A stretch of 64,000 nt of DNA from Clostridia bacterium (GTDB taxonomy: Bacteria; Bacillota; Clostridia; Oscillospirales; CAG-272): positions 733-64,732 of the forward strand of contig JAFVOQ010000004.1 in assembly GCA_017505785.1 (NCBI GenBank). The letters are read 5' to 3'. Numbering within the stretch: the stretch's first letter is position 1; every line of letters starts with the position of its first letter. Shown piece after piece: positions 1 to 10,712 of the stretch. The notes beneath the pieces are model-generated. The model saw nothing but the letters and a program-made list of their open reading frames with translations. It was not told where the DNA came from and did no database searches. Made by a program: the position numbers and the translations under genes.

Positions 1-187
1 GAAGTGCAGAGTTGGGCTTCTTCGGGCTTGTGGTGGACACCTTGGTGCAAACGCCTCTTCTTTGAGGTGCGCGCTGGTCGGTCTGCTCGTTACGAAGCGT
101 ATTCAGTCCTTTTTGCAACACGGGGGACTTGGACTTGTACGTTTTGTCGGTGCGGCCCTGTCTGACAAGCTGATTAAAGGTTGGCAT
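1..187 (-). CDS. rpsL: 30S ribosomal protein S12, N-terminal part (gene runs off the left edge)
   Basis: Own translation of the minus strand from ATG 187-185 gives [63 protein letters not shown], a canonical S12 N-terminus. AGGAGG lies at 194-199. The position downstream of rpoC is the usual one. Confidence 0.93.
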   Translation of the reverse strand, partial: MPTFNQLVRQGRTDKTYKSKSPVLQKGLNTLRNEQTDQRAPQRRGVCTKVSTTSPKKPNSAL

Positions 188-260
188 TTTCTTCCTCCTT
201 CTTAAAAATTTTAATGTTTAAGCCAAAATGGGCATAGTTATCCCAAAGCGCTTACGGTTT

Positions 261-289
261 ATTATAACATTTCTCCTTTTCCTTGTCAA
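261..289 (-). promoter_or_regulatory. Sigma-A type promoter for rpsL (TTGACA-17-TATAAT)
   Basis: The minus strand reads TTGACA aggaaaaggagaaatgt TATAAT. The -35 is at 289-284 and the -10 at 266-261, with a counted 17-nt spacer. Confidence 0.7.
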
Positions 290-420
290 GAGGAAAGTGA
301 TTTTCTACTTTTTGCACAAAAAGCCCATACTTATACCTGCTATTTTGCACCGTTTGATGTTCTTTTATGCAAATTTTAACCAAAACACTAAATTTTTTAC
401 AATAAATATTATATATACGC

Positions 421-458
421 AAAAGGGGCTATTCCGGACAACTTCCGGGATAGCCCCC
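421..458 (-). terminator. Rho-independent terminator after rpoC
   Basis: The minus strand reads GGGGCTATCCCGG aagttgt CCGGAATAGCCCC followed by TTTT, directly after the rpoC stop at 481. Confidence 0.8.
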
Positions 459-480
459 AAAGGTATTGGATTATCGGAAA

Positions 481-3400
481 TTACGCCTCAACAGCTTCTC
501 TTTCACCCTGCTCCACGTGCACGTCATGGTAACATGTCATGCCCGTACCTGCGGGAATAAGCTTACCGATGATAACGTTCTCCTTAAGGCCCATCAGGTG
601 GTCTACCTTGCCCTTAATTGCAGCCTCGGTGAGAACCTTGGTGGTTTCCTGGAAGGATGCAGCGGACAGGAAGGACTCGGTCTGAAGCGATGCCTTTGTG
701 ATACCCAGCAGCACGCGAGAAGCGGTTGCCTCACGCAGGTTTTCGCCTGCCGCGACGCGCTCCTTGATCTTGTTGTTCACTTCCTCAAAATCAAGCACAT
801 CCATAAGCGTTCCGATCAGCAGCTCCGTATCACCCGCATCCTCTACATGAACCTTACGGGTCATTTGACGTGCGATGATCTCTACGTGCTTATCGTTTAC
901 GCTAACGCCCTGCGAACGGTAAACCTTTTGAATTTCCTCGGTGATATACTCATAAACCTTATCAAGTCCGCTGATACGCATGATGTCTGCGGGTGCCTTG
1001 CTGCCTGCGGTGAGCACCTCACCGCGCTCTACATGGTCACCCTCGGCAACCACGATCTGCATGCCGTAAGGAATGGTATACTTGTGCATTTCGCCCGTAG
1101 CGTCATCCACTACGCTGATCTCGTGCACGTTAATATTTTCACCGTGTGCAACGCTGAGAATCTTACCGGTTTGCTCGCAAATAATGGCAGCCTTCTTGGG
1201 AGGTCTTGCCTCAAAGAGCTCCTCAACGCGGGGCAGACCCTGCGTAATGTCAGTACCTGCGACACCACCGGAGTGGAAGGTACGCATCGTCAGCTGAGTA
1301 CCGGGCTCACCGATCGACTGTGCGGCAATGATACCGACAGCCTCACCAACGCTAACGGTCTTACCGGAAGCAAGGTCAGCACCGTAGCAGTGTGCACAAA
1401 TACCGTGACGTGCATGGCACTTCAAGAGTGTGCGGATCTTGACACGCTTAATGCCTGCCGCCTCGATTGCCTTGATGTGTGCCTCCGTGATCATGGTGTC
1501 GTTCGGAACGATAACCCCACCCGTTTCGGGGTGTACCACCTCACCGAAGGTGTAGCGGCCCATGATACGGTCGGAAAGTGCCTCAAGCGGATTTTGAGGA
1601 TCCTTGACATTGGAAATCTCCTTAACCCATTCGCCGTCGGTCGCATCACAGCAGACCTCGCGTACGATAACGTCCTGCGAAACGTCAACCAAGCGACGGG
1701 TAAGGTAACCCGAGTCTGCGGTACGAAGTGCCGTATCGGACAGGGATTTACGGGAGGAACGAGAGCCCATGAAGTACTCAAGGATCTTCATACCCTCACG
1801 GAAGTTCGATTTGATCGGGATCTCCATGGTTTTACCGTTGGTCGCGAACATCGAACCGCGCATTGCGGCAAGCTGACGCATCTGCTGGATAGAACCGCGG
1901 GCACCGGAATCTGCCATGATCTTGATCGGGTTTTGGGGGTGGAAGCATTTCATCATCGCAGCGGTCACATCGTCGGTTGCAACCTTCCAGATCGCGATGA
2001 TCGAATTGTAACGCTCCTCGTCAGACAGAAGACCGCGGCGGAAGGAAGCGTTGATACGGTCAACGGTCGCCTGTGCCTTATCGATAAGCTCGGGCTTCTC
2101 CTTCGGTACGCTCATGTCGTACACCGAGATAGAGAAGGCAGCACGGGTGGAGTAACGGTAACCCATTTCCTTGATGTTATCCAGCATCTCTGCACAGTCG
2201 GCAGCGCTGTGACGCTTCAAGCAGTTGTCAATGAGCATACCAAGGATCTTTTTCACATTACCCTTCTTAGCCTTCAAGAATGCAGTATCGATCTCCATTT
2301 TGAAGATATTCTCGGGCTTGGTGCGATCCACAAAGCCAAGATCCTGCGGAATACTGTTATTGAAAATAAGACAGCCAAGAGAGGTTTCAATCATTCCCGT
2401 AACGACCTCGCCGCCTACTTCCTTGCTCATGCGCACCTTAATGGGTGCGTGAAGTCCCAGCGCACCGTTGACGTAAGCCATATTTGCCTCGTCAAAGTTG
2501 CGGAAGGTCATGCCTTCACCGGGCTCGCCGGGCTTCTCCATGAGAAGATAGTAGGTACCAAGGATCATATCCTGCGTAGGCACCGCAACGGCACGGCCGT
2601 CAACGGGCTTTAACAGGTTATTGGCGGAAAGCATCAAGAAGCGTGCCTCAGCCTGTGCCTCTGCGGAAAGCGGTACGTGTACGGGCATCTGGTCGCCGTC
2701 AAAGTCAGCGTTAAATGCGGTACAAACCAGCGGATGCAGCTTAATGGCGCGACCCTCAACCAAAACGGGCTCAAATGCCTGAATCGAAAGGCGGTGCAAG
2801 GTAGGTGCACGGTTCAGAAGAACGGGGTGCTCCTTGATCACGTTCTCGAGTGCATCCCAAACCTCGGGATGCTGGTAAGCGCGCTCGATCTTCTTTTGCG
2901 CTTCCTTGATATTGGTCGCCTTCATCATTTCGGTAAGGCGTTTGATCACGAAGGGCTTAAAGAGCTCGAGTGCCATTTCGCGGGGCAGACCGCATTGATA
3001 AATCTTAAGATTGGGACCGACAACGATAACCGAACGGCCCGAATAGTCAACACGCTTACCGAGCAGGTTTTGACGGAAGCGACCCTGCTTACCGCGCAGC
3101 ATCTCGGAAAGAGATTTGAGCTGACGATTGGAGGGACCCGTTACGGGCTTGCCGCGACGGCCGTTGTCGATGAGTGCATCCACAGCCTCCTGCAGCATAC
3201 GCTTTTCGTTGCGTACCACGATCTCGGGCGTGTGGATCTCCATGAGCTTTTTAAGACGGTTGTTACGCGCGATCACACGGCGGTAAAGCTCGTTGAGATC
3301 GGAGGATGCGAAACGACCGCCGTCAAGCTGGGTCATGGGGCGAATTTCAGGGGGAAGAACAGGCAGCGCATCAAGGATCATCCAATCAAGATGATTGCCA

Positions 3401-4071
3401 GACTTGCGGAACGCCTCGATTACCTCAAGACGCTTGATAATGCGCATTTTCTTCTGACCCGTTGCTACCATGAGCTCATCCTTGAGCTGCTGAGAAAGTG
3501 CTTCTACGTCGATTGCGGCAAGCAGCTCCTTGATTGCCTCGGCACCCATGCCGACGCGGAACTCGTTGCCGTACATCTCGCGATACTCCTCGTAAGCCTT
3601 TTCGGTGAGCACCGTGCCCTTTGTCAAGGGGGTAAGACCGGGATCGAGCACCACGTTCTCGGCAAAGTAAAGCACCTGCTCTAACTGCTTGGGAGAAATA
3701 TCAAGCACCAAAGCCATGCGAGAGGGCACGGCCTTGAAATACCAAATGTGCGATACCGAGCAAGCAAGCTCGATATGGCCCATGCGCTCGCGACGCACCT
3801 TTTTGGTGGTGATCTCCACGCCGCACTTTTCGCACTTGTGTACGCGATCGCGCGGCAAGGAGCCGATGTGAGAATTCTTGTATTTACCGCACATACAAGC
3901 ACCGTCCTTGGTCGGGCCAAAGATACGCTCGCAGAACAGGCCTCCAACCTCGGCCTTCAGAGTACGGTAGTTGATCGTTTCAGGCTTGGTGACCTCACCG
4001 TAGGACCATTCACGGATCATTTCGGGAGAAGCAAGACCTATTTTAATAGAATTAAATTCTTTATTTGCCAT
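481..4071 (-). CDS. rpoC: DNA-directed RNA polymerase subunit beta'
   Basis: 1196-aa ORF starting [27 protein letters not shown]. It contains NADFDGDQM (the catalytic Mg site) and the zinc-binding Cys clusters. Confidence 0.98.
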   Translation of the reverse strand: MANKEFNSIKIGLASPEMIREWSYGEVTKPETINYRTLKAEVGGLFCERIFGPTKDGACMCGKYKNSHIGSLPRDRVHKCEKCGVEITTKKVRRERMGHIELACSVSHIWYFKAVPSRMALVLDISPKQLEQVLYFAENVVLDPGLTPLTKGTVLTEKAYEEYREMYGNEFRVGMGAEAIKELLAAIDVEALSQQLKDELMVATGQKKMRIIKRLEVIEAFRKSGNHLDWMILDALPVLPPEIRPMTQLDGGRFASSDLNELYRRVIARNNRLKKLMEIHTPEIVVRNEKRMLQEAVDALIDNGRRGKPVTGPSNRQLKSLSEMLRGKQGRFRQNLLGKRVDYSGRSVIVVGPNLKIYQCGLPREMALELFKPFVIKRLTEMMKATNIKEAQKKIERAYQHPEVWDALENVIKEHPVLLNRAPTLHRLSIQAFEPVLVEGRAIKLHPLVCTAFNADFDGDQMPVHVPLSAEAQAEARFLMLSANNLLKPVDGRAVAVPTQDMILGTYYLLMEKPGEPGEGMTFRNFDEANMAYVNGALGLHAPIKVRMSKEVGGEVVTGMIETSLGCLIFNNSIPQDLGFVDRTKPENIFKMEIDTAFLKAKKGNVKKILGMLIDNCLKRHSAADCAEMLDNIKEMGYRYSTRAAFSISVYDMSVPKEKPELIDKAQATVDRINASFRRGLLSDEERYNSIIAIWKVATDDVTAAMMKCFHPQNPIKIMADSGARGSIQQMRQLAAMRGSMFATNGKTMEIPIKSNFREGMKILEYFMGSRSSRKSLSDTALRTADSGYLTRRLVDVSQDVIVREVCCDATDGEWVKEISNVKDPQNPLEALSDRIMGRYTFGEVVHPETGGVIVPNDTMITEAHIKAIEAAGIKRVKIRTLLKCHARHGICAHCYGADLASGKTVSVGEAVGIIAAQSIGEPGTQLTMRTFHSGGVAGTDITQGLPRVEELFEARPPKKAAIICEQTGKILSVAHGENINVHEISVVDDATGEMHKYTIPYGMQIVVAEGDHVERGEVLTAGSKAPADIMRISGLDKVYEYITEEIQKVYRSQGVSVNDKHVEIIARQMTRKVHVEDAGDTELLIGTLMDVLDFEEVNNKIKERVAAGENLREATASRVLLGITKASLQTESFLSAASFQETTKVLTEAAIKGKVDHLMGLKENVIIGKLIPAGTGMTCYHDVHVEQGEREAVEA

Positions 4072-4088
4072 ATTTCATCGCCCCTCCG

Positions 4089-7000
4089 TTAATCTTCATA
4101 TTCATCGTTATAATTGTCGTCATCGTCAAATTCGCCATCCATGCCGAAATTATCGATCACGTCACCGTTTTCATCCTCAATGGTAAGATCGCCAAGATCC
4201 CCTTCCTCAAGGCCGCTTTCACCAAGTGCCTCATCGATTGCGGCAAGCTCTGCCTTATTGGAATACGGCAGGGGCTCCTCATCGTTGCAAAGGGTGGAAA
4301 GCTGGATCTCCTCGCCGTTCTTGTCAAGCACGCGCACGTCAAGGGCAAGTGCCTGCAATTCCTTTACCAAAACCTTAAAGGATTCGGGAACGCCGGGCGT
4401 GGGAATGTTTTGACCCTTAATGATCGCCTCGTAAGCACGGCGGCGACCCGTGATATCGTCAGATTTCACGGTGAGGATCTCTTGCAGCGTATATGCGGCA
4501 CCGTATGCCTCCAGTGCCCAAACCTCCATCTCACCAAAGCGCTGACCGCCAAACTGAGCTTTACCGCCAAGAGGCTGCTGCGTGATGAGGGAGTAAGGAC
4601 CGTTTGCACGGGCGTGGATCTTATCGTCAACAAGGTGATGCAGCTTGAGGTAATACATAATACCTACAGTGACGGGGTTGTCAAAGGGATCACCGGTTCT
4701 GCCATCGTAAAGAATGGTCTTACCGTCAATCACCTTTACCTTATCCTCGGCAATGAGGGCTGCGATCTTATCGCTATCGGCGCGCACTTCATCCTCTACG
4801 CGCACGTAGTCCTTCTTGCCGTCGGCATCAACGACCTCATAAAAGAGCTCCTTGCCGTCAACGTTTTCACCGGGGAGGATCTTACGCGCCATGCCTGCCA
4901 TGCGCATGCATTCCATAATATCCTTCTCGTTTGCACCGTCAAATACGGGGGTCATGATCTTCCAGCCGAGGTGACGGGCAGCGATACCGAGGTGAACCTC
5001 AAGCACCTGACCGATGTTCATACGGGAAGGAACGCCCAGGGGATTCAGCACGATATCAAGAGGCGTGCCATCCGGCAGGAAGGGCATATCCTCAGGGGGC
5101 AAAATACGGGAAACAACGCCCTTGTTACCGTGGCGACCTGCCATTTTATCGCCGACGGAGATCTTACGCTTTTGCGCAATATAAACGCGAACCTGCTTGT
5201 TGACGCCTGCGGGCAGCTCGTCGCCGTTTTCGTGAGAGAACACCTTAACGTCAACAACGATACCACTCTCACCGTGGGGCAGGCGCAGCGAGGTGTCACG
5301 CACCTCTCTTGCCTTCTCGCCAAAGATCGCACGCAACAGGCGCTCCTCGGCAGTAAGCTCGGTTTCGCCCTTGGGCGTGATCTTACCGACAAGAATATCA
5401 CCGGCACGCACCTCGGTACCCTTCTTTACAATACCTTCTGCGTTCAGATCCTTGAGAGCATCCTCACCGACATTGGAGATCTCGCGCGTGATTTCCTCCG
5501 GCCCCAATTTGGTATCACGGGCATCGTGCGTGTATTCCTCAATATGAAGCGAGGTATATACGTCATCGCGAACAAGACGCTCGTTTAGCAGAACTGCATC
5601 CTCGTAGTTATAACCCTCCCAAGTCATGAAGCCGATGAGGGCGTTCTTACCAAGCGAGATCTCGCCGTTTGCGGTTGCGGGACCGTCTGCGATCACGCGA
5701 CCTGCTTCCACGATCTCACCCTTGGCAACAATGGGACGCTGATTAAAGCAGGTTCCCTGGTTGGTGCGTTTGAACTTGATCAGCTCATATACGTCACGCT
5801 CACCGTTATCAAGCACGATCTCGATCTTATCGGCATCCACGTAATCTACGATACCGGCACGCTTAGCGGTGATCACAACACCGGAGTCAACAGCCGCCTT
5901 GTATTCCATACCCGTACCAACGATAGGCGAGTCGGTAACCATAAGCGGCACTGCCTGCTTCTGCATGTTAGAGCCCATGAGCGCACGGGAGTTGTCATCG
6001 TTTTCAAGGAACGGGATCATTGCGGTGGCAACAGAAACCACCATTTTGGGGGAAACGTCCATGTAGTCGACCTGCGAAGCCTCAACCTCACGGATCTCGT
6101 TCTTATCACGGGCGTTTACAATTTTATTCACAAAACGACCCTCACTGTCAAGGGGCTCGTTTGCCTGTGCAATAATATAGCGATCCTCAACGTCGGCGGT
6201 CATGTACTCAACCTCGTCGGTTACAACTCCCTTCTCCTTATCGTACTTACGATAGGGAGCCTCGATAAAGCCGTAGTCGCTGATACGTGCATAGGTGGTA
6301 AGGTAGGAAATCAGACCGATATTGGGACCTTCGGGCGTTTCGATCGGGCACATACGGCCGTAGTGCGTGTAGTGAACGTCACGCACGTCAAAGGATGCAC
6401 GGTCACGGGAAAGACCGCCGGGGCCGAGTGCCGAAAGACGACGCTTGTGGGTAAGCTCAGCCAAGGGGTTGTTTTGATCCATAAACTGCGAGAGCTGAGA
6501 GGAGCCGAAAAACTCGCGAATACCCGTAGCAATGGGACGGGTATTGATCAGCATCTGAGGAGAGATCTTATCCGCATCCTGCGTTGCCATGCGATCAGTA
6601 ATGGTCTTGTTCATGCGAGAGAAGCCGATGCGAAGCTGATTTTGCAGCTGCTCACCGACAGAACGGATGCGACGGTTGCCAAGGTGGTCGATATCGTCGT
6701 ACTGGCCAAGACCCTGATCGTGCATCAGGCCCAGCATATAGTTGATCGATGCAAAGATATCATCCTTCGTCACGTGCTTGGGGCAGAGCTCTGCCATACG
6801 GCGGCGCACAAGGGTCTTGAGGGTATCCGCATCGCCCTCTGCCTCCTCCATGATCTCAAGCAGAACGCTTGTGCGAACCTTTTCGTTCACACCGCAATCC
6901 TTCAGATCATAGCCAAGAAGATACTCGGGCTCAATGGTATTGTTGGAGAAGACCTTTACCTGTTCGCCATCCTCAAGCAAAACGGTAACACCGTTGATAC

Positions 7001-8015
7001 CTGCACGCTCAATTGCCAGTGCATCCTCACTTGACAGTACTTGACCTGCCTCGAAGATCACCTCACCCGTAATGGGGCTAACGGCTGCCTCAGCAAGCTT
7101 TCTGCCCGCAATACGTGCTGCAAGGGCAACCTTTTTGTCGAACTTGTAGCGACCGACGGGAGCGATGTCGTAGCGGCGATTGTCAAAGAGAATATCGGAA
7201 AGAAGCTTTTGTGCGGCATCCACCATGGCAGGTTCGCCGGGCCGCAGCTTTTTGTGGATCTCCTTGAGTGCCTCATGGCCGGCAGAGGTGAGATTGTGTG
7301 CGGCAAGGGTTTCGGATTCATCCTTGTCAAAGGTGGCACGCAGACGCGCCTCCTCACCGAAGATCGCGCAAATATCCTCGCGGCTCTCGATCTCCGGCTT
7401 GTCCCCCAAAGCACCGAGTGCACGGATGAACATGGTGATGGGAAGCTTGCGGTTTTTATCGATACGAACGTAGATCACGCCGCTGTTATCGGTTTCATAT
7501 TCCAGCCACGCACCGCGGTAAGGAATAATTTGGGCGGTATAGTTGCGCTTGCCCATTTTATCGATCTCGGATGCGTAGTACATACCGGGTGAACGAATGA
7601 TCTGCGACACAATCACGCGCTCTGCGCCATTGATCACAAAGGTGCCGTTCTCGGTCATCAAGGGAATATCACCCATGAAAATGTCCGAATTTTGCACCTC
7701 ACCCGTTTGCTTGTTTGTCAGGCGCACGGTGACACGCAGGGGGGCGGCGTAGTTTACATCACGCTCTTTGCACTCTTCAACGGTATACTTGGGCTTCTGA
7801 TCGATCGAGTAGGACAGAAACTCAATGGACAGATTGCCCGAGAAATCGGTGATAGGCGACACGTCACGCAAAACCTCACCAAGTCCCTCCTCAAGGAACC
7901 ATTTGAAGGATTTGGTCTGGACCTCCACGAGGTTCGGGAGCTCCAGGGTGTAACGTGCTTTGGAAAAACTCATTCTCTTGTTCTGACCGAGTTTTTGCTC
8001 TTTTACGTTGACCAT
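4089..8015 (-). CDS. rpoB: DNA-directed RNA polymerase subunit beta
   Basis: The ORF 4089..8171 contains [21 protein letters not shown] and [20 protein letters not shown] place the start at the internal ATG 8015 ([17 protein letters not shown]...). That start gives a Bacillus-like N-terminal length and has GGAG 8-11 nt upstream. ATG 8036 is an alternative start. Confidence 0.95.
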   Translation of the reverse strand: MVNVKEQKLGQNKRMSFSKARYTLELPNLVEVQTKSFKWFLEEGLGEVLRDVSPITDFSGNLSIEFLSYSIDQKPKYTVEECKERDVNYAAPLRVTVRLTNKQTGEVQNSDIFMGDIPLMTENGTFVINGAERVIVSQIIRSPGMYYASEIDKMGKRNYTAQIIPYRGAWLEYETDNSGVIYVRIDKNRKLPITMFIRALGALGDKPEIESREDICAIFGEEARLRATFDKDESETLAAHNLTSAGHEALKEIHKKLRPGEPAMVDAAQKLLSDILFDNRRYDIAPVGRYKFDKKVALAARIAGRKLAEAAVSPITGEVIFEAGQVLSSEDALAIERAGINGVTVLLEDGEQVKVFSNNTIEPEYLLGYDLKDCGVNEKVRTSVLLEIMEEAEGDADTLKTLVRRRMAELCPKHVTKDDIFASINYMLGLMHDQGLGQYDDIDHLGNRRIRSVGEQLQNQLRIGFSRMNKTITDRMATQDADKISPQMLINTRPIATGIREFFGSSQLSQFMDQNNPLAELTHKRRLSALGPGGLSRDRASFDVRDVHYTHYGRMCPIETPEGPNIGLISYLTTYARISDYGFIEAPYRKYDKEKGVVTDEVEYMTADVEDRYIIAQANEPLDSEGRFVNKIVNARDKNEIREVEASQVDYMDVSPKMVVSVATAMIPFLENDDNSRALMGSNMQKQAVPLMVTDSPIVGTGMEYKAAVDSGVVITAKRAGIVDYVDADKIEIVLDNGERDVYELIKFKRTNQGTCFNQRPIVAKGEIVEAGRVIADGPATANGEISLGKNALIGFMTWEGYNYEDAVLLNERLVRDDVYTSLHIEEYTHDARDTKLGPEEITREISNVGEDALKDLNAEGIVKKGTEVRAGDILVGKITPKGETELTAEERLLRAIFGEKAREVRDTSLRLPHGESGIVVDVKVFSHENGDELPAGVNKQVRVYIAQKRKISVGDKMAGRHGNKGVVSRILPPEDMPFLPDGTPLDIVLNPLGVPSRMNIGQVLEVHLGIAARHLGWKIMTPVFDGANEKDIMECMRMAGMARKILPGENVDGKELFYEVVDADGKKDYVRVEDEVRADSDKIAALIAEDKVKVIDGKTILYDGRTGDPFDNPVTVGIMYYLKLHHLVDDKIHARANGPYSLITQQPLGGKAQFGGQRFGEMEVWALEAYGAAYTLQEILTVKSDDITGRRRAYEAIIKGQNIPTPGVPESFKVLVKELQALALDVRVLDKNGEEIQLSTLCNDEEPLPYSNKAELAAIDEALGESGLEEGDLGDLTIEDENGDVIDNFGMDGEFDDDDNYNDEYED

Positions 8016-8188
8016 TTGTTTTATCACTCCATTCATTGTTGTGTCCCCTGCTTGTGCAGTGGACCAGAGTACCAAAACGCTTACATTTGCGCCGCCAGAA
8101 TTCGCGCATACGCGTATATAATAGTTTTGATGAGAAAATTTGCCAAACCCGCAAAAGCGACAATTCAGCAATTATAATGCAGTTTAAT

Positions 8189-8217
8189 ATTATAGCAAAG
8201 CACCCTTCCTTTGTCAA
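8189..8217 (-). promoter_or_regulatory. Consensus sigma-A promoter for rpoBC (TTGACA-17-TATAAT)
   Basis: The minus strand reads TTGACA aaggaagggtgctttgc TATAAT with a counted 17-nt spacer. It lies about 165 nt upstream of the rpoB start. Confidence 0.7.
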
Positions 8218-8299
8218 GCGTTTTTTCACATTTTTTTAAAATTTTTTCTAAATTGTGGAAACAAACAAAAAATTTTTTTGGGTTTTTTTGAAAAAACTC

Positions 8300-8328
8300 T
8301 TGCAATTTGTGTTTTCGTGTGATAATAT
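8300..8328 (+). promoter_or_regulatory. Promoter for rpsT (TTGCAA-17-TAATAT)
   Basis: TTGCAA at 8300-8305, a 17-nt spacer, and TAATAT at 8323-8328. Confidence 0.55.
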
Positions 8329-8413
8329 ATATGACTGTATGGACTTTTACGACGGCGCACCCTCTCAGGCGCAGTCGTTTAAACCGAAAATTTGTAAAGG
8401 AGGGTGAACGATT

Positions 8414-8677
8414 ATGCCGAACATTAAAAGTGCCAAAAAACGTGTAAAGGTTACCGCAACCAAAACCATGCAGAACAAGATCTTCCGCACGCAGATGAAA
8501 ACCGCGATGAAGAAGTACGAGGCTGCTGTGGAGGCAGGTGACGTAGCACTTGCACAGGAGACCTACAAGGCAGCCGTTAAGAAGATCGATATGGCTGTAA
8601 CGCGTGGGATCATCCACAAGAACGCTGCTGCTCACAAGAAGAGCCAGTTTACCAAAAAGCTCAACGCTATGGCTTAA
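8414..8677 (+). CDS. rpsT: 30S ribosomal protein S20
   Basis: 87 aa, MPNIKSAKKRVKVTATKTMQNKIFRTQMKT..., a typical S20. AAGGAGGG RBS upstream. Confidence 0.95.
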   Translation: MPNIKSAKKRVKVTATKTMQNKIFRTQMKTAMKKYEAAVEAGDVALAQETYKAAVKKIDMAVTRGIIHKNAAAHKKSQFTKKLNAMA

Positions 8678-8692
8678 TTGCCACATAAATAT

Positions 8693-8731
8693 GGAGTGTC
8701 CTTTAACCCGAGGACACTCCGTTTTTATTTT
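8693..8731 (+). terminator. Rho-independent terminator after rpsT
   Basis: GGAGTGTCCT ttaacccg AGGACACTCC followed by GTTTTTATTTT. Confidence 0.85.
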
Positions 8732-8787
8732 CTCCGCTACCGACCGCCACAGGATTTTCGGTAGCACTGCATATATTTCAAACGTGC

Positions 8788-8816
8788 TTGACATAAAAAA
8801 GCCATGCGTATATAAT
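8788..8816 (+). promoter_or_regulatory. Consensus promoter for cysK (TTGACA-17-TATAAT)
   Basis: TTGACA at 8788-8793, a counted 17-nt spacer, and TATAAT at 8811-8816. Confidence 0.7.
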
Positions 8817-8851
8817 AATAGTAACGTAAAAAGGCAAAGGAGCTCCTTGTT

Positions 8852-9775
8852 ATGTATTACCGCAACATCAGCGAAATGGTTGGGGGTACGCCCCTGTTTG
8901 AACCCACCAATTATAATAAAAATGAAGCCATGGGCGCGAAGATATTGCTGAAGCTGGAGTGCTTCAATCCTGCGGGCAGTGCCAAGGATCGCGTGGCTCT
9001 GTCCATGATCTTAGCGGCAGAAGCCGCCGGCAAGCTGAAAAGCGGCTCTACTATCATTGAGCCGACCAGTGGAAACACAGGCATTGGGCTTGCTGCAATC
9101 GGCGTGCCGCGCGGCTACCGCGTCATTCTGACAATGCCGGATACCATGTCCCTTGAACGCCGTCGCCTGCTTTCGGCTTACGGTGCCGAGATCGTGCTCA
9201 CCCCCGGCGCGCTTGGCATGCAGGGGGCCATTGACAAGGCAAAGGAGCTTGCCGCCGCGACAAAGGATAGCTTTATCCCCTCCCAATTTGACAATCCCGC
9301 CAACCCCATGGCGCACCGCACCACCACAGGCCCCGAAATTTTTGAGGACACAAACGGTCACGTGGATATTCTTGTTGCGGGCGTTGGCACGGGCGGCACG
9401 CTCTCAGGCACAGCAAAATTTTTAAAAAGCAAAATTTCCTCTCTGCGCGCTGTTGCGGTAGAGCCCGCGGCATCGCCCCTTTTATCGGGCGGAAAGGCAG
9501 GCGCGCACGGCTTACAGGGGATTGGCGCCAACTTTGTGCCCACCAATTTTGACCGCGACACCGTTGACGAAATTTTAGCCGTAACAGAGGATGAGGCATA
9601 TGCCGCGGCACGAAGGCTCGCGCACACGGAGGGACTGCTTGTGGGCATTTCCTCGGGCGCTGCCCTACATGCCGCCACGGTTCTTGCCCACCGCCCCGAA
9701 AACCACGGCAGGGTGATTGTAGCAATTCTGCCCGACACAGGTGACCGCTACCTTTCAACACCGCTTTTTGAATGA
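8852..9775 (+). CDS. cysK: Cysteine synthase A (O-acetylserine sulfhydrylase), PLP-dependent
   Basis: 307 aa with NPAGSAKDR (PLP lysine), TSGNTGIGLA and GVGTGGTLSG motifs. AAAGGAG RBS. Confidence 0.92.
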   Translation: MYYRNISEMVGGTPLFEPTNYNKNEAMGAKILLKLECFNPAGSAKDRVALSMILAAEAAGKLKSGSTIIEPTSGNTGIGLAAIGVPRGYRVILTMPDTMSLERRRLLSAYGAEIVLTPGALGMQGAIDKAKELAAATKDSFIPSQFDNPANPMAHRTTTGPEIFEDTNGHVDILVAGVGTGGTLSGTAKFLKSKISSLRAVAVEPAASPLLSGGKAGAHGLQGIGANFVPTNFDRDTVDEILAVTEDEAYAAARRLAHTEGLLVGISSGAALHAATVLAHRPENHGRVIVAILPDTGDRYLSTPLFE

Positions 9776-9808
9776 AATTTCTGCAAAGCAAAGAGGAATG
9801 AAGACGTT

Positions 9809-10660
9809 ATGAGGAAGTTGCGTACAAGCTCGGCATTTAATCTGCACTGCCATGAGGGCGAGGATTTTGCCGCATATATCAGAAAGGGACTGCAATTTTT
9901 CAAAGAAACCGGGTTTGATGCTGCAGATTTTCCCACCACCATGCTGGATCTTACCTCCGACGCGTGGCGCGTGCAGGTAGAAGGGATCCTTGCACATAGC
10001 GAGCAGATCGGCATGCACTTTGAGCTTTGCCACCTGCCCTTTGGGGGGCTGAAAAGCGTCATGCAAGACGCCTTTCAGATAAAAATGCACAATGCCATTG
10101 ACGCCGCCAAAATGCTTGGAGTACGCTATGCCGTGCTGCATCCCAACACCACCACACTACCCTTAAAGCAATACGACCGCGCCGCACAGTTTGATGCCGT
10201 TATGGCTCATCTCGCGCCCTTTGTGGAGCATGCGTCAAGGGTGGGGCTAAACGTGGTGGTGGAAAACATGCGCGTAGTGCCCGGCATGATGCTCTCGCAC
10301 CGCTACTGTCAAGCCCCGGATGAGCTATGCGACGTTGCCGATGCACTTGGAATCGGCGTTTGCTGGGATTTCGGCCACGCCAACATCAGCGCTGTAAAGC
10401 AATCCGAGGGGCTCGCTTATGTTGGAAAGCGCCTGAAGGTGCTCCACGTTAACGACAACACCGCCATTGAGGACGAGCACCTCGCCCCCTTTATGGGCAA
10501 CGTAAATTGGCGCGATGCGATGCACGGCCTTGCCCTTGCCGAGTTTGACGGGCTATTTAACTTTGAGCTGACCACCAAGCCCATTCCCCCTACGCTCCGT
10601 CGCCAATATGCCGCTTTCCTGCAAAGTGCCGCCAAGGAGCTTATGTCATATATCGAATGA
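9809..10660 (+). CDS. Sugar phosphate isomerase/epimerase (xylose isomerase-like TIM barrel)
   Basis: 283 aa with family-typical segments AVLHPN, VVVENM, WDFGHAN and HVNDN. Confidence 0.75.
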   Translation: MRKLRTSSAFNLHCHEGEDFAAYIRKGLQFFKETGFDAADFPTTMLDLTSDAWRVQVEGILAHSEQIGMHFELCHLPFGGLKSVMQDAFQIKMHNAIDAAKMLGVRYAVLHPNTTTLPLKQYDRAAQFDAVMAHLAPFVEHASRVGLNVVVENMRVVPGMMLSHRYCQAPDELCDVADALGIGVCWDFGHANISAVKQSEGLAYVGKRLKVLHVNDNTAIEDEHLAPFMGNVNWRDAMHGLALAEFDGLFNFELTTKPIPPTLRRQYAAFLQSAAKELMSYIE

Positions 10661-10670
10661 TCCTACATGA

Positions 10671-10710
10671 AAAATAGGGGCTGAGTCATTTGACTCAGCC
10701 CCTATTTTTC
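10671..10710. terminator. Bidirectional terminator between convergent genes
   Basis: AAAAATAGGGGCTGAGTCA tt TGACTCAGCCCCTATTTTT is a perfect 14-bp stem with A/T runs on both sides. Confidence 0.85.
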
Positions 10711-10712
10711 GC

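Noticed and set aside
228-560. 110-aa ORF in the rpoC-rpsL intergenic region.
   Set aside because: It covers the rpsL promoter and the rpoC terminator on the opposite strand. It is AT-rich and low-complexity and has no RBS.
466-2613. 715-aa plus-strand ORF antisense to rpoC, and similar long antisense ORFs (4065..5588, 18444..19799, 22685..23509, 27557..28348, 41879..43081, 48517..49932, 51945..53012, 59362..60129).
   Set aside because: Each lies wholly inside a strongly supported gene on the other strand. They have no RBS, and their translations are low-complexity and rich in Arg/His/Cys/Leu. They are typical shadow ORFs of GC-rich coding DNA.
8016-8171. N-terminal 52-aa extension of the rpoB ORF ([18 protein letters not shown]...).
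   Set aside because: The extension runs through the 5' UTR downstream of the consensus promoter at 8189-8217 and has no RpoB similarity. The internal ATG 8015 has an RBS and gives a canonical N-terminus.
8165-8794. 209-aa minus-strand ORF spanning the rpoB/rpsT promoter region and antisense to rpsT.
   Set aside because: It overlaps the well-supported rpsT gene and two promoters, and its composition is implausible.
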